From NCBI RefSeq assembly GCF_963921235.1, contig NC_086097.1:210182001-210246000 (forward strand): a stretch of 64,000 nucleotides of DNA. The letters are read 5' to 3'. Under the pieces are notes generated by a model that was given only the letters and a program-made list of their open reading frames with translations, ran no database searches and was not told where the DNA came from. Numbering within the stretch: position 1 is the first letter of the stretch; each line of letters begins with the position of its first letter. Made by a program: the position numbers and the translations under genes. Below, piece after piece: positions 12,470 to 24,000 of the stretch. Source of the stretch: Mobula hypostoma. Taxonomy: Eukaryota.

Positions 12470-13525
12470 GACCTACAGTGAGCGCAGTTTCACTGGTTCT
12501 TCACTTGGCTTGGGATGATCTGGACAACAGCAATACCTACATCAGGAGATGTGATCAATACACAGCAGCAACGTTCATCATCATCACCTCCTCAGGTCTA
12601 ATCAACTATCATCAAAACCTGAACCTCCTTCTGCAAGTTGATCCTTTATATCCTCACCGGGAGACCACAGTCAGTGTGGATTGGAAATAACATCCCCTCC
12701 TTGCTGATCAGCAACTCAGGCACACCTCAAGAATGAGTGCCTCGCCCACTTCTCTACCCTCTGTACACTCATGGCTGTGACCGGGCACCACTCAATTGCT
12801 GTTGGCAGAATCTCAGATGGTGAAAAGGAGGCTTACAGGAGTGAGATAGATCAGCTGGTTGGGTTACATCATCTTTACCCTCAATGCCAATAAGGCCAAG
12901 GATTGTGGACTTCAGGAAGTGGAAGTCAGAAGATCACACACCTGTCCTCACCGGGGATCAGCAGTGGAAAGGGTGAGCTGCTTTAAGTTCCTGGGTGCCA
13001 ACATCACTGATTCATGAACCATAGGCCCAACACATAGATGCAATTGCAAGGAGGGCACACCAGCACTGTTTCATCAGAGTTTTGAGGAGATTTGTCGGCC
13101 ATCAAAGTTTCTGACAAATTTCTACACATATGGCGGAGACCATTCTAACTGGTTGAATCACCATCTGGTATGGAGGGGACACTGCACAGGATTGTAAACT
13201 CAACCAGCTCCATCATGGGGGAGTAGCCTGAAGAAGGGAGTATGAAGGACCCTCAATGTGCAGGACATGTTGTCTTCTCATTCCTACCGTCAAGGAGGAG
13301 GTACAGGAGCCGGAAGATGCATACTCAGTTTCTATCCCTCCTCCATCAGATTTCTGAATAGTCCATGACCACTTCCTCACCATATTGCTGACTTTTTGCA
13401 CCAGGTTATTTATATATATTCTTATTGTAATATATAGTGTTTTGATATACTGTGCAGTACTGCTGCCTCGAGGCAACAAATTTCACAACATATGTCACTG
13501 ATAATAAACCCGATTGTGATTTTGT
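12470..13525 (+). mobile_element. Decayed Rex/Babar LINE (RT to 3' end)
   Basis: ALHLAWDDLDNSNTYIR-like start, TTTAAGTTCCTGGGT (FKFLG), tail GATAATAAACCCGATTGTGATT. Confidence 0.75.
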
Positions 13526-13795
13526 TAGAAGTGGCAGCTCTATGTTATCAGGGACTTTATGTCTCAAGGGACCAAGTCAGCAATGCCAGATTGGATTCAT
13601 TCAGTGGAAACACCAGCTGAGCAACTTGAACATACTGCCTGGTTAGAGAATACTCTGGAGTATTCTAATTTTTAACTTTGCTAACAGAGAAATAGAAAAG
13701 TTATTCATTCAGCTCAACAAGAATCTGAATAAGCTTATTTCTGTTGATTCTTGTGTATTCTGCAACAGCTCATTGTCGACACATAGATGTTAAAC

Positions 13796-13876
13796 CAGGA
13801 GTTCCCAACCATGTTAATGCCGTGGACACCATCCCTACCACTGAGAGGTCCATGGGACCCAGGTTGGGATCCCCTG
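13796..13876. mobile_element. 81-bp hAT-type MITE
   Basis: Imperfect TIRs CAGGAGTTCCCAACC / GGTTGGGATCCCCTG; exact 8-bp TSD TGTTAAAC (13788-13795, 13877-13884). Confidence 0.85.
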
Positions 13877-14077
13877 TGTTAAACATTGTATACTGATGAG
13901 CTTGAGAAATTTGTAAAGATTGAAGGAACTCTTGATTTCTATTGGTGGTTTTTATGCCAAAAATACATCAAACAAATTGTGTATGCATACAATTTGCTCA
14001 TCTTATTGAAAGTCTACCATGCCAGGATTACCAATCGCAAAGGGAAGATCATCTGATGAACATGGTTGGTCTGAGGA

Positions 14078-14330
14078 CAAACAACACACCCAAGTAGGTG
14101 GAGGAACTCTGTAGGTCAGCCAGTATCTATGGAAATAAATAAATTATTGATGTTTTGGGCTAAGGCCCTCCATTGGGACTGGAAATTAAGGGGGAAGAAG
14201 CCAGAATAAGAGAGTGGGGGAAGCGAATGAGTATAAAAGCAAGAAGGTGATAGGCAAATCCAGGTGGGTGGGGGAGTGGGATGAAGTAAGAAGCTGAGAG
14301 GTGATAGGTGGAAAAGATAATCACAAAGCA
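14078..14330 (-). mobile_element. Decayed Penelope-derived short element (hammerhead region degenerate)
   Basis: Similar to the AACACAC..GGAGGAACTC..AGGTCAG..CATCTATGGA tail and the purine-rich segment of the PLE 3' region. Confidence 0.65.
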
Positions 14331-15442
14331 CAAAAAAAAATCAGCTCCTCTCAAGAGACACCAGATGAGCTGCCCACCACTGAAAATAGCTATTTCACTA
14401 AATATAATCAGAGATACATTCATGAATGTGCTTATGATCCATGCTAGTGTTTTGAGAAGCAGAATGTGAAGGTCCTGTCAGCTAATTACAGTTGAACCAG
14501 GCAGTTGTTCAGAGGATGGAGTAGGTCCCTCTGTGTGGATTGAGTTCCATGTGGAAATTGCTCATGCAGTCAATGCCTTCCTCTGTGTGCAGTGGGAGAG
14601 GAGGCTGATGGTGATCTGATGGGACTTTCTTGCTCCAATAATCCTCCAAACTCAAGGCCTGCAAGATACTTTTCCCTGTTCCAGTCTGGAGTTTGTGCAA
14701 GATTTTACAAATTTCCTTTTAGGCTATGGTGATTTTAAAAATCAACGAGAAAAAAGATAGAGAGAAGATACCAAAAGAAATTATTATATTGAGTAATTGA
14801 TCAGTAATCACAGTGCATCATCTTAAAAAGTGGTTGACAAAAAGAAGCAGGTTACTGAGCTCAATTAAATGGATCAACATTTCTGGGTATTAATAGAATA
14901 AAGGGAAGTGGAGAGAGTGTAAGAACAGGGCACCAAGACAGATAATCAGTCATATCTTCAAAAACGGTAAACAAACTTTTTAAACAAATGGCCTTTTTCT
15001 GCTCCAAGTCTTATAAAATACATTTTGGAAAACTGATTAATTGAATAGACTCTTGGAAAGAACAATAAAAGTGGACTTAACAGGAAGAAGCAAAAAAAAA
15101 TATGTTATGATGTTCTCCTTTTGCTAAGGATGCATTTTTGGAATAGTTTCTCACACTCCACTGATTGGGTAGACAAATTCAAAGGACTGTTCAGAATTTG
15201 CCATTGTCACCTTACCAGAGGCTCATAAATGTAGTGAGACAGTCAGAAAGGACAGACAAATGACAGGGCAAAATTGCAGTCAGTGGGATGAGCTGAAATG
15301 TAACAGGGGGACAAAACTGAAAAGGACTGAAGATGATATATTTGAATGCACTTAGTATGTGGAATAAGATAGATGATCTTGTAGTGCAGTTAGAGATTGG
15401 CAGGTAAGACGTTGTGGGCATCACCAAGTTGTGGCTGAAAGG

Positions 15443-15844
15443 TGTTCTATCCTGGGAGGGTGTGCCTTATTCTGATTGTTGGAAGTTGTTCCCATCGTAA
15501 TTGGTTAGCTTGGAAGCTGCAGCTGCTTTTCCCATTGGATAGATACCTAGTGTCCAGTTTCAAATAGCACAAGGAAGGGGTTTGCTCTCTTCTTCCCTTG
15601 TTTAAGGCAAGGATGCACATGACAATTGGGAAGGTATGCTCTGCACACACTTTTAACTAAGTGCATTTATTGAATGTACAAGTGATTGTTGAGCATTTAA
15701 CTTTCAGATTTGTAACTTGAGGAACATGAATGCTTGGTCAATTTTTTTTTTAACTGTTTGTAAGTAAATGATTAATATACCTGTTCAAATTCAGTACATT
15801 TCCTGTCTCACTTGCCAGACCCGCGAACCTGATTCAACATTACA
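15443..15844. mobile_element. ~400 bp insertion in CR1, possibly a solo LTR
   Basis: CR1 sequence stops at GGCTGAAAG and resumes at AGATCATAGTTGG; insert has TG...CA ends; no clean TSD. Confidence 0.4.
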
Positions 15845-16008
15845 AGATCATAGTTGGGAACTTAACATCCAAGGATACACATTGTATCAAAAGGACAGGC
15901 AGGTAGGCAGAAAAGGCGGGGTGATTCTGTTGGTATAAAATGAAATTAAATTCTTAGGAGGAGGTGACATAGGATCAGAAGATGTAGAATCCTGGTGAGT
16001 AGAGTTAA

Positions 16009-16485
16009 GTTGGAGCCTCAGGTTGGGGGAACAACACCTTATATTCTGGGTAGCCTCCAACCTGATGGCATGAACATTGACTTCTCTAAATTCTGCAAAT
16101 ACCCCACCTCCCCCTCGAACCCCATCCATTATTTATTTATATACACACATTCTTTCTTTCTCTCTCTCCTTTTTCTCCCTCTGTCCCTCTCTGGGTTCCC
16201 CCCCCCCTTTTCCTTCTCCCTGGGCCTCCTGTCCCATGATCCTCTCATATCCCTTTTGCCAATCACCTGTCCAGCTCTTGGCTCCATCCCTCCCCCTCCT
16301 GTCTTCTCCTATCATTTCGGACCTCCCCTTCCCCCTCCCACTTTCAAATCTCTTACTAGCTCTTCCTTCAGTTAGTCCTGACGAAAGGTCTCGGCCTGAA
16401 ACGTCAACTGTACCTCTTCCTAGAGATGCTGCCTGGCCTGCTGCGTTCACCAGCAACGTTGATGTGTGTTGCTTGAATTTCTAGC
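16009..16485 (+). mobile_element. Penelope-like element 3' fragment (GIY-YIG C-terminus + 3' region with hammerhead)
   Basis: ILGSLQPDGMNIDFSKF (ORF 15995-16375); near-identical inverted copy at about 17194-17680. Confidence 0.9.
16369..16410 (+). ncRNA. Minimal type-I hammerhead ribozyme motif
   Basis: CAGTTAGTC-CTGACGA-A-AGGTCTCGGCCT-GAAA-CGTC-AACTG: CUGANGA and GAAA cores, stem II, palindromic ACGU helix III, GUC cleavage triplet. Confidence 0.75.
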
Positions 16486-17193
16486 AGAAGGCAATCAGTG
16501 GGAATAAAGGAAGCCCTTTCTGATTAGCTGTTGGTGACAAGTGGCTTGGAGTTGGGACCACTTCTTTTAATATTGTATGTCAAAGATTTGGACAATAGAA
16601 TTGATGGCTTTGTGGTGGAATTTGCCGATGATGCAAAGACAAGTGGAGGGGCAGGTAGTGATGAGGAAGCAGACAGACTGCAGAAGGACATAGACAGATT
16701 AGGAGAATGAGTTAAAAAGTGGGAGATGGAATACAGTGTTGGGAGTCAATGATCATGCACTTTAGTAGAAGGAACAAAAGCATAGACTGTTTTATAAAAG
16801 GTGAGAAAACTTTAAAAATCCAAGGCAGAAAGAGACTTAGAAGTCCATGTGCAGGTTTCCATAAAGGCTAACTTGCAGGTTAAGTCAGTGGTGAGGAAGG
16901 CAAATGAAATATTAGCACTCATTTTGAGAGGACTAGAATATAAAAACAAGGCTGTAATGCTGAGATTTTATAAGGCACTGGTGAGGCCTCGCTTAGAATA
17001 TTGTAAGCTGATTTGGGCCCCTTATCTAAGAAAGGAAGTGCTGACATTAGAGAGGGTTCGGAGAAAGGTCACAAGAATCATTCCAAGAATGAAAGGCTAA
17101 TTGTATGAGAAGCATTTGATGGCTTTAGGTTTGTACTTGGAATTTAGAAGAATGAGGGATGAGATTCCACTGAAATACATCAAATGTTGAAAG

Positions 17194-19004
17194 CAACACA
17201 CAAAAAAGTTGCTGGTGAACGCAGCAGGCCAGGCAGCATCTCTAGGAAGAGGTACAGTCGACGTTTCGGGCCAAGACCCTTCGTCAGGACTAACTGAAGG
17301 AAGAGCTAGTAAGAGATTTGAAAGTGGGAGGGGGAGAGGGAGATCTGAAATGATAGGAGAAGACAGGAGGAGGAGGGATGGAGCCAAGAGCTGGACCGGT
17401 GATTGGCAAAAGGGATATGAGGGGATCATGGGACAGGAGGCCTAGGGAGAAAGAAAGGGGGAGGGGGAAGCCCAGAGGATGGGCAAGGAGTATAGTGAGA
17501 GGGACAGAGGGAGAAAAAGGAGAGAGAGAGAGAGAGAAAGAATGTGTGTATATAAATAAATAACGGATGGGGTACGAAGGGGAGGTGGGGCATTAGCAGA
17601 AGTTAGAGAAGTCAATGTTCATGCCATCAGGTTGGAGGCTACCCAGTTGGAATATAAGGTGTTGTTCCTCCAACCTGAGAGTGGCTTCATCTTTACAGTA
17701 GAGGAGGCCGTGGATAGACATATCAGAATGGGAAAGGGACGTGGAATTAAAATGTGTGGCCACTGGGAGATCCTGCTTTCTCTGGCGGACAGAGCGTAGG
17801 TGTTCAGCGAAACAGTCTCCCAGTCTGCGTCAGGTCTCGCCAATATATAGAAGGCCGCATCGGGAGCACCGGACGCAGTATATCACCCCAGCCGACTCAC
17901 GGGTGAAGTGTTGCCTCACCTGGAAAGACTGTCGCCCTGAATGGTAGTGAGGGAGGAAGTGTAAGGGCATGTGTAGCACTTGTTCCGCTTACAAGGATAA
18001 GTGCCAGGAGGGAGATCAGTGGGGAGGGATGGGGGGAACAAATGAACAAGGGAGTCACGTAGGGAGAGAGCCCTGTGGAAAGCAGATGGGGGGGGGAGAG
18101 AGGGAAAGATGTGCTTCGTGGTGGGATCCCATTGGAGGTGGCGGAAGTTACGGAGAATTATATGTTGGACCCGGAGGCTGGTGGGGTGGTAGGTGAGGAC
18201 AAGGGGAACCCTATTCCTAGTGGGGTGGCAGGAGGATGGGGTGAGAGCAGATGTGCGTGAAATGGGAGAGATGCATTTGAGAGCAGAGTTGATGGTAGAG
18301 GAAGGGAAGTCCTTTTTTTAAAAAAAGGACATCTCCTTCATCCTGGAATGAAAAGCCTCATCTTGAGAGCAGATGCAGTGGAAATGGAGAAATTATGAGA
18401 ATGGGATGGCATTTGCAAGAGACAGGGTGAGAAGAGGAATAGTCCAAATAGCTGTGAGAGTCCGTAGGCTTATAGTAGACATCAGTAGATAAGCTGTCTC
18501 CAGAGATAGAGACAGAAAGATCTAGAAAGGGAAGGGAGGTGTCAGAAATGGACCAGGTAAACTTGAGGGCAGGGTGAAAGTTGGAGGCAAAGTTAATGAA
18601 GTCAACGAGCTCAGCATGCGTGTAGGAAGCAGCGCCAATGCAGTTGTCAATGTAGCGAGGGAAAAGTGGGGGACAGATACCAGTATAGGTTTGGAACATG
18701 GATTGTTCCACAAAGCCAACAAAAAGGCTGGCATAGCTAGGACCCATACAGGTGCCCATGGCTACACCTTCAGTTTGGAGGAAGTGGGAGGAGCCAAAGG
18801 AGAAATTATTAAGAGTAAGGACTAATTCCGCTAGACGGAGCAGAGTGGTGGTAGAGGGGAACTGGTTAGGTCTGGAATCCAAAAAGAAGCAGAGAGCTTT
18901 GAGACCTTCATGGAGGGGGATGGAAGTATATAGGGACTGGACATCCATGGTGAAAATAAAGCAGTGGGGGCCAGGGAACTTAAAATCATCGAAAACTTTC
19001 AGAG
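17194..19004 (-). mobile_element. Penelope-like element (Neptune-type), 5'-truncated: RT, Cys-rich linker, GIY-YIG endonuclease, 3' region
   Basis: RT FTMDVQSLYTSIP..GVAMGTCMGPSYA..RYIDN..LPFLDL..YYKPTDSHSYLDYSSSHP; GTYPCKRNKCYTCPY at about 17960-18005; VIYCVRCSRCGLLYIGET at about 17833-17886; TSD AATGTTGAAAG at 17183-17193 and 19005-19015. Confidence 0.93.
17255..17296 (-). ncRNA. Minimal type-I hammerhead ribozyme motif (best-preserved copy)
   Basis: Minus strand CAGTTAGTC-CTGACGA-A-GGGTCTTGGCCC-GAAA-CGTC-GACTG; stem I AGTC/GACT, stem II GGGTC/GGCCC, ACGU palindrome, GUC triplet. Confidence 0.8.
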
Positions 19005-19433
19005 AATGTTGAAAGGCCTGGATAGAGTGGATGTGGAGAGAATGTTTCCTATAGTGGGGGAGTCTAGAATCGGGGCACAACCTCAGAACAGAGGGACATC
19101 TACAAACGTATTTAGATCAGAAATTAGGAGGAATTTCTTGAGTCAGAGGGTGGTGAATCAGTGGAGGCCAGGCTATTGGTTTTACTTAAGGCGGAGGTTG
19201 AAAGATTCTTGATTAGTCAAGGTGTGCAAGGTTACAGGGAGAAGGCAAAAGAGTGGGATTGAGAGGGAAATGGATCAGCCATGGCCAAATGGCAGAGCTG
19301 ACATGATGGGCCAAATGGCCTAATTCTGCCCCTATGTCCTATGGTTTTGGGTGATTTACAGACAAACTACAATTCTTGATTCAAGAACATCTTAATTACA
19401 ATCTGATGAAACAGGGCTTTTGCACAATTAAAT

Positions 19434-19567
19434 CTACAACACACATACAAAATGCTGGAGGAACTCAGCAGGCTAGGCAGCATCTATAGAAAAGAGTACA
19501 GTTGATGTTTTGGACTGAGACCCTTCAGTGGGACTCATCTCCTTACCTGCACATCACCCCCCACTGG
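19434..19567 (-). mobile_element. Short Penelope-derived insertion with decayed hammerhead
   Basis: Exact 13-bp TSD TGCACAATTAAAT (19421-19433, 19568-19580); ACAAAATGCTGGAGGAACTCAGCAGG tail. Confidence 0.8.
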
Positions 19568-20654
19568 TGCACAATTAAATGCTTGCTTTTGGGTCACCTA
19601 CTTGCATCAAATCATCTACTGCCTTTTATCAATGAATGACACCTTGGCTTGACCTCCTGTTCACCCTGGGAGATCTATACTAACAGTAGAAATCCAGAAT
19701 GTAGAACTAGCGGCATGAATTTTGGTATCGGCATTTGGAAATAATTACTTTATTAACCTCTTGAATAAGAAAAGAACTTCACACAATTCATCCTTCATAA
19801 TTCTAATGCAGTGAAATTGAGAACCACATCTTAACTACACAACACATCACAGACACATTGCAACTTGTCAGCTGTGTCACTTGCTCAGATCTCTAATACG
19901 CAAGAGGCTACAAGTCACAGTTTTTCACAGATGTCAGATAGAATAAATAGCTGGCATGATCATATTATAAAGTTAATCATGCAGTGAAGTGCATCTGTGG
20001 GTGTGACAGATACTGAAACCTGTTGGCAGAGCTCATATTAACTTACGAATGTTTGCCAATCTTATTTCGGTGATTTTGTTTTTAAATGACTCGAGCCCTA
20101 AACAACTTTATACTTCAGGTTCAGATCCTTTCATCTGAACTGAGAAAAAGCAGCAAACCGTCAATGTTTATCAAAGAATATTAGTAGGGGAAAAGGGACC
20201 ACTAAGCTAAAGGGACAGGCAGAAAGATTGCCAGAGTGAGGCGGCATCTTCAAGGCTGGCACTCCCAGAAGAGAAGAGGCAGTGAATTCAACCGTAGTGA
20301 AAACCGAAACTGCAGACACTAGGATATCAGAAATGCTAACTGGCAGCATTCAGAGATTGTACATATTTGTAGGATTTTGTATTCCATACTAATTTCATCA
20401 TTTTTCAAAAAGATTGAGTAGAACATCTCAATAAAGATAATTATATTTTTGATTTTAAGCATTCATCAACAAGTAGATAATCCTACATGCACTTTATATT
20501 TCATTTTTATTAATATAAAACATTTCCTGGCCTCAAATGACCTTCATTAAGCCTCTAGACATACTATATGGAGTACTATGACAGCATGCTAATGTATTTG
20601 AAGTCTATATTAAATACTACAAGCTGGAGGTTGTCATTTAATAAAAGGTCAAAT

Positions 20655-20660
20655 TTTATT
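20655..20660 (-). terminator. Candidate polyadenylation signal of the kinesin gene (alternative at 20506-20511)
   Basis: AATAAA on the minus strand about 70 nt after the stop codon, in AT-rich sequence. Confidence 0.5.
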
Positions 20661-20730
20661 TGCTTACATTTAAAATAAGACTAGGTATTAATACGGCATG
20701 TATAATTAAACCAAACAAATTAATATTGAA

Positions 20731-21024
20731 TTATTTATTGGTATTACTTGATGGTGATGGCAGTTTTTCAGACACCACGTTCTTTTTAACTTTCAGTCGA
20801 GGAGTCAGTTCCCTGGATTTAAACAAACTGGGTCTTGTAGGAGACCCAACAGCCAGTTTGGATCCCGTTAAACTTGAAAACAGCTTTTTCTTCATTTGTG
20901 GTGGTTTTTCAGTATTAGGCGGCTTCATTAAGAGAGCAAGCTCTTCTTGCAGTTTTGACACCAGATTTTCCAGATGATTGATTTTGTCAACATTTTCTTC
21001 ATTAACATCCTTAATCACTTTTTC
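20731..21024 (-). CDS. KIF20A-like terminal coding exon 18 (EKVIKDVNEE...GSPTRPSLFKSRELTPRLK...SNTNK*)
   Basis: Acceptor TTTTCTCATTAAG, 294 nt to TAA; coil followed by a basic tail with SP/TP sites. Confidence 0.85.
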   Translation of the reverse strand, partial: EKVIKDVNEENVDKINHLENLVSKLQEELALLMKPPNTEKPPQMKKKLFSSLTGSKLAVGSPTRPSLFKSRELTPRLKVKKNVVSEKLPSPSSNTNK

Positions 21025-24000
21025 CTTAATGAGAAAATGAAGTGACACAGAAACCAAGTGTTACTCGGAAACAGTTCTATGGAAATATTGGATACCAGAA
21101 CAATTCTAGGCAGAGGCAGAATAGTCCTTTAGAATTATAATTAATTTTTCTGGTTTTTACTCAGATTTACTTCAATAAAAATCCTTCAAATAATTGCCTG
21201 GATGAGACACATTTCAAACATTAAAATATAAAACATGAACAGCACACTTTAGGAAAGATAAAAACTTTTTCTAACTGCGGTATCTCAACTAAATTGGCTT
21301 TGATAATTCAACCCTGCAGTTAATAGTGTTGGCTGAATGGTCTAATTACGTTGCACCCAGAAGCTATACAACTCACTAATCAAATGGACTATCCAATTTG
21401 CCAGAGTTGAACTTATTGAGCATGCGCCCAGCAAAGGAGATCTTACAGGATCTACACTACACCTAAACGAAATGCACTTTATATTGCCCCAAGCACCAAT
21501 TAATTGTAACATGCTGTAAGGGTTCACTGAAACTGTAAAGGTTTCTCTGCAGCAGCAATGTTTGGGTTACGACTACAGACAATGGGGTTTGGAATGCTGC
21601 TGTTCTTTCTTGTGAGTCTGGAAGAGAGATTTTCGTGGTCTTTGGCTGGAGAGAGATGAGGACAGAAGGCACGAATGGAGAGAGCTGGTAGACCGCCGGA
21701 CGGAGTGGACTTGAAGTGAGGGTCCGAAGGTCAGCGATGATCGGAGGAGGTAGATGGTGGACGACCGGCTTATCAGTGAGCTCCAACATTGTGCAATAGA
21801 CTGTTTCATAAGTCTATTTTCTTTTTTTTTTCATTTTCCTTACTAACCATATAGTCAAAGTAAGAACTATAATGCTTAATTGTTTAATCGCATATTGTGT
21901 ACTGTTTGTTATTTCAGGGTACTGATTTGTAATACGGGACATATCACGCAGCATCCACCCAAACGAGATTTCTTATGTTTGGCCGGGCCGGGGGCCATCA
22001 ACCCCTATATAGCTGCAAGCCAATGTGAGAGTTACATAATTTAAAAAGATATTCATAATAGTTTTCACCAAATTAATTTACAAATACTGCATCCTATGCT
22101 CTAAGAATTCTGTACTCAAATATTTAAACTGTAGGGCAATTTACTTATTGCACAGAGTTTTATTTTAATTATTCCTTCACATTCTCCATTCCTAGACAAG
22201 CGATTTCACCTGAAACATTAACCTGGTGTCTCCACTGATCCTGCCTAACTGCTAAAAAATTTCAGTATTTTGTTTTTACCATATTCTTTTAGATAGATCT
22301 ATGAAATCTCCTAAACTTCTCTGAGAACAACCCAAGCCTGTCCAAACTCTCCATAAGATTCTGGGTAATATTTCAGAAATAGATCTCTGGACCCCAAAAT
22401 CTTCCTCAAGTGTGGCTGTTTGATTTGAACAGAATACTTCAGGTTGGTGTTTCAATGCTCACAGAAAATTTAATTTGCTTCCTCAGTCTGCAATGCTGCC
22501 TTTTAATATAAGACTCTAGGATATGACTGTAACCTTCTCAACATATCATACTCCGTTCCCAGGTTTGTGCATATACCTGTTCATTCGCAGGTCTTTTCCT
22601 GCAGCCTCTTCAAATCATTTCAATTAGCTTACACAGCCTCATCAATTCTTCCTACTAAAATGCATCATTCCATACTTCTCCATTTAATTTGCTACGTGCC
22701 TATTCATAAGTTACCTTTAAGTCTGTTACTATCCTTCTGTTACATCTCAGAATTTCACATAATTTGAAATCTTTGTTGTATTAATAACAACTTGAAAGAA
22801 AGCAATGGGCAAAATGCCAACCAATCCTAATACTTGAAGATTCTCTGCAAAAACCATTCTGTTCAAGCTTAATGACAATACTACTTTCTGGCTCTTAATC
22901 AGTTTCATATCCATGGAGCTACAACATTTTTTAATATTCCAAGGATTTAAATGTTGTGGTAAAGTACTTCTTCGAAAAAAAGAGGAAAACATTACAATTG
23001 CACTATCTAGTCCAGTATTTTGTCCGATGTCCAAAATTCTCGCTCAGTTCTAGTTTTTTTTTCTAATTTGGTTACTTTCCAGCACAATAAGCATTTTTAA
23101 ATGATAAATTATCCATTTAAATTATGATTTGCATACTATTACACCAAGGGAAAAGAGATTTGAGTAATGTAGTTGAGAACAACATGGATGCGCTGAAACT
23201 GGGAAGGGCTCAATGGAGGTTCACGAAAACAATTTCAGGTTTGAACAGCTTATCAAATGAAGAGCATTTAATGGCTCTCAGCCTGTATTCACTGGAATTT
23301 TGAAGAATGAAGAGTGATCTCATTGAAATCTATCGAATGCTGAAAGGCCTTGACAGAGTTGATGTTGAAAGGATGTTTCCCATGGTGGATAACCAGAGGA
23401 TGTAGCTTCAGAATAGAGGGATGTTCTTTTAGGGTAAAGATCAGGAGTAATTTCTTAGCAAGAGGGTGGTGAATCTGTGGAATTTGTTGCCTCAGGCAGC
23501 TGTGGAAGCAAAGTCTGTATGTGTATTTATGGCAGAAGCTGATAGATTATTGATTGGTCAGGGCATGAAGGGATGTGGGGAGAAGGGAGGAGAATGGGGC
23601 TGAGAGGAAATTTGGATCAGCCATGATGAAACGGCGGAGCAGACTTGATAGGTCAAATGGCCTAATCTACTCTTATGTCTTATGGTGTTTATTTCATACT
23701 TCAAGTGTAGACAGGATTCAAAAACATACCTGCTTTGCAATTATGTCATAACATTTCTGCAGTTCTTTGTTACTTTCTTGAAATTTTCTCTCTGCCTCTT
23801 GCAGGATCACTTGAATGTCATTTAATTTCTTGGTTAAACTCTTGTTTGCCTTACGATGGAAGAGTTATCAAATTCAGACGCTTTGTCTATTGAAATAACA
23901 TCTAAAATGCATAACTGATCACAGAGCTTATGCTCAGATAAAACTGTGCTTTAATATTCATTTAAAAACAGAGCTCTGGTATTTAACACCATACAAAAAT

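Larger units (their letters stand above)
15220..19348 (+). mobile_element. CR1 LINE host, broken by three insertions (about 15443-15844, 16009-16485, 17194-19004)
   Basis: Endonuclease N-terminal remnants 15330-15440 and 15845-16008, RT remnants 16487-17193 (ORF 16849-17100 FYKALVRPRLEYCKLIWAPYL), 3' end 19005-19348 (MLKGLDRVDVERMFP, RRNFLSQRVVN). Confidence 0.9.

Noticed and set aside
15995..16484. Pro/Ser/Leu-rich ORFs and their antisense Gly/Arg/Glu-rich ORFs (also 17097-17563)
   Set aside because: Low-complexity pyrimidine-rich PLE 3' region read in several frames.
18358..19080. 240-aa ORF as a novel gene
   Set aside because: Chimeric: the first ~26 aa are antisense CR1 and TSD, the rest is truncated Penelope RT (YIDN in place of YIDD, frameshifted downstream).
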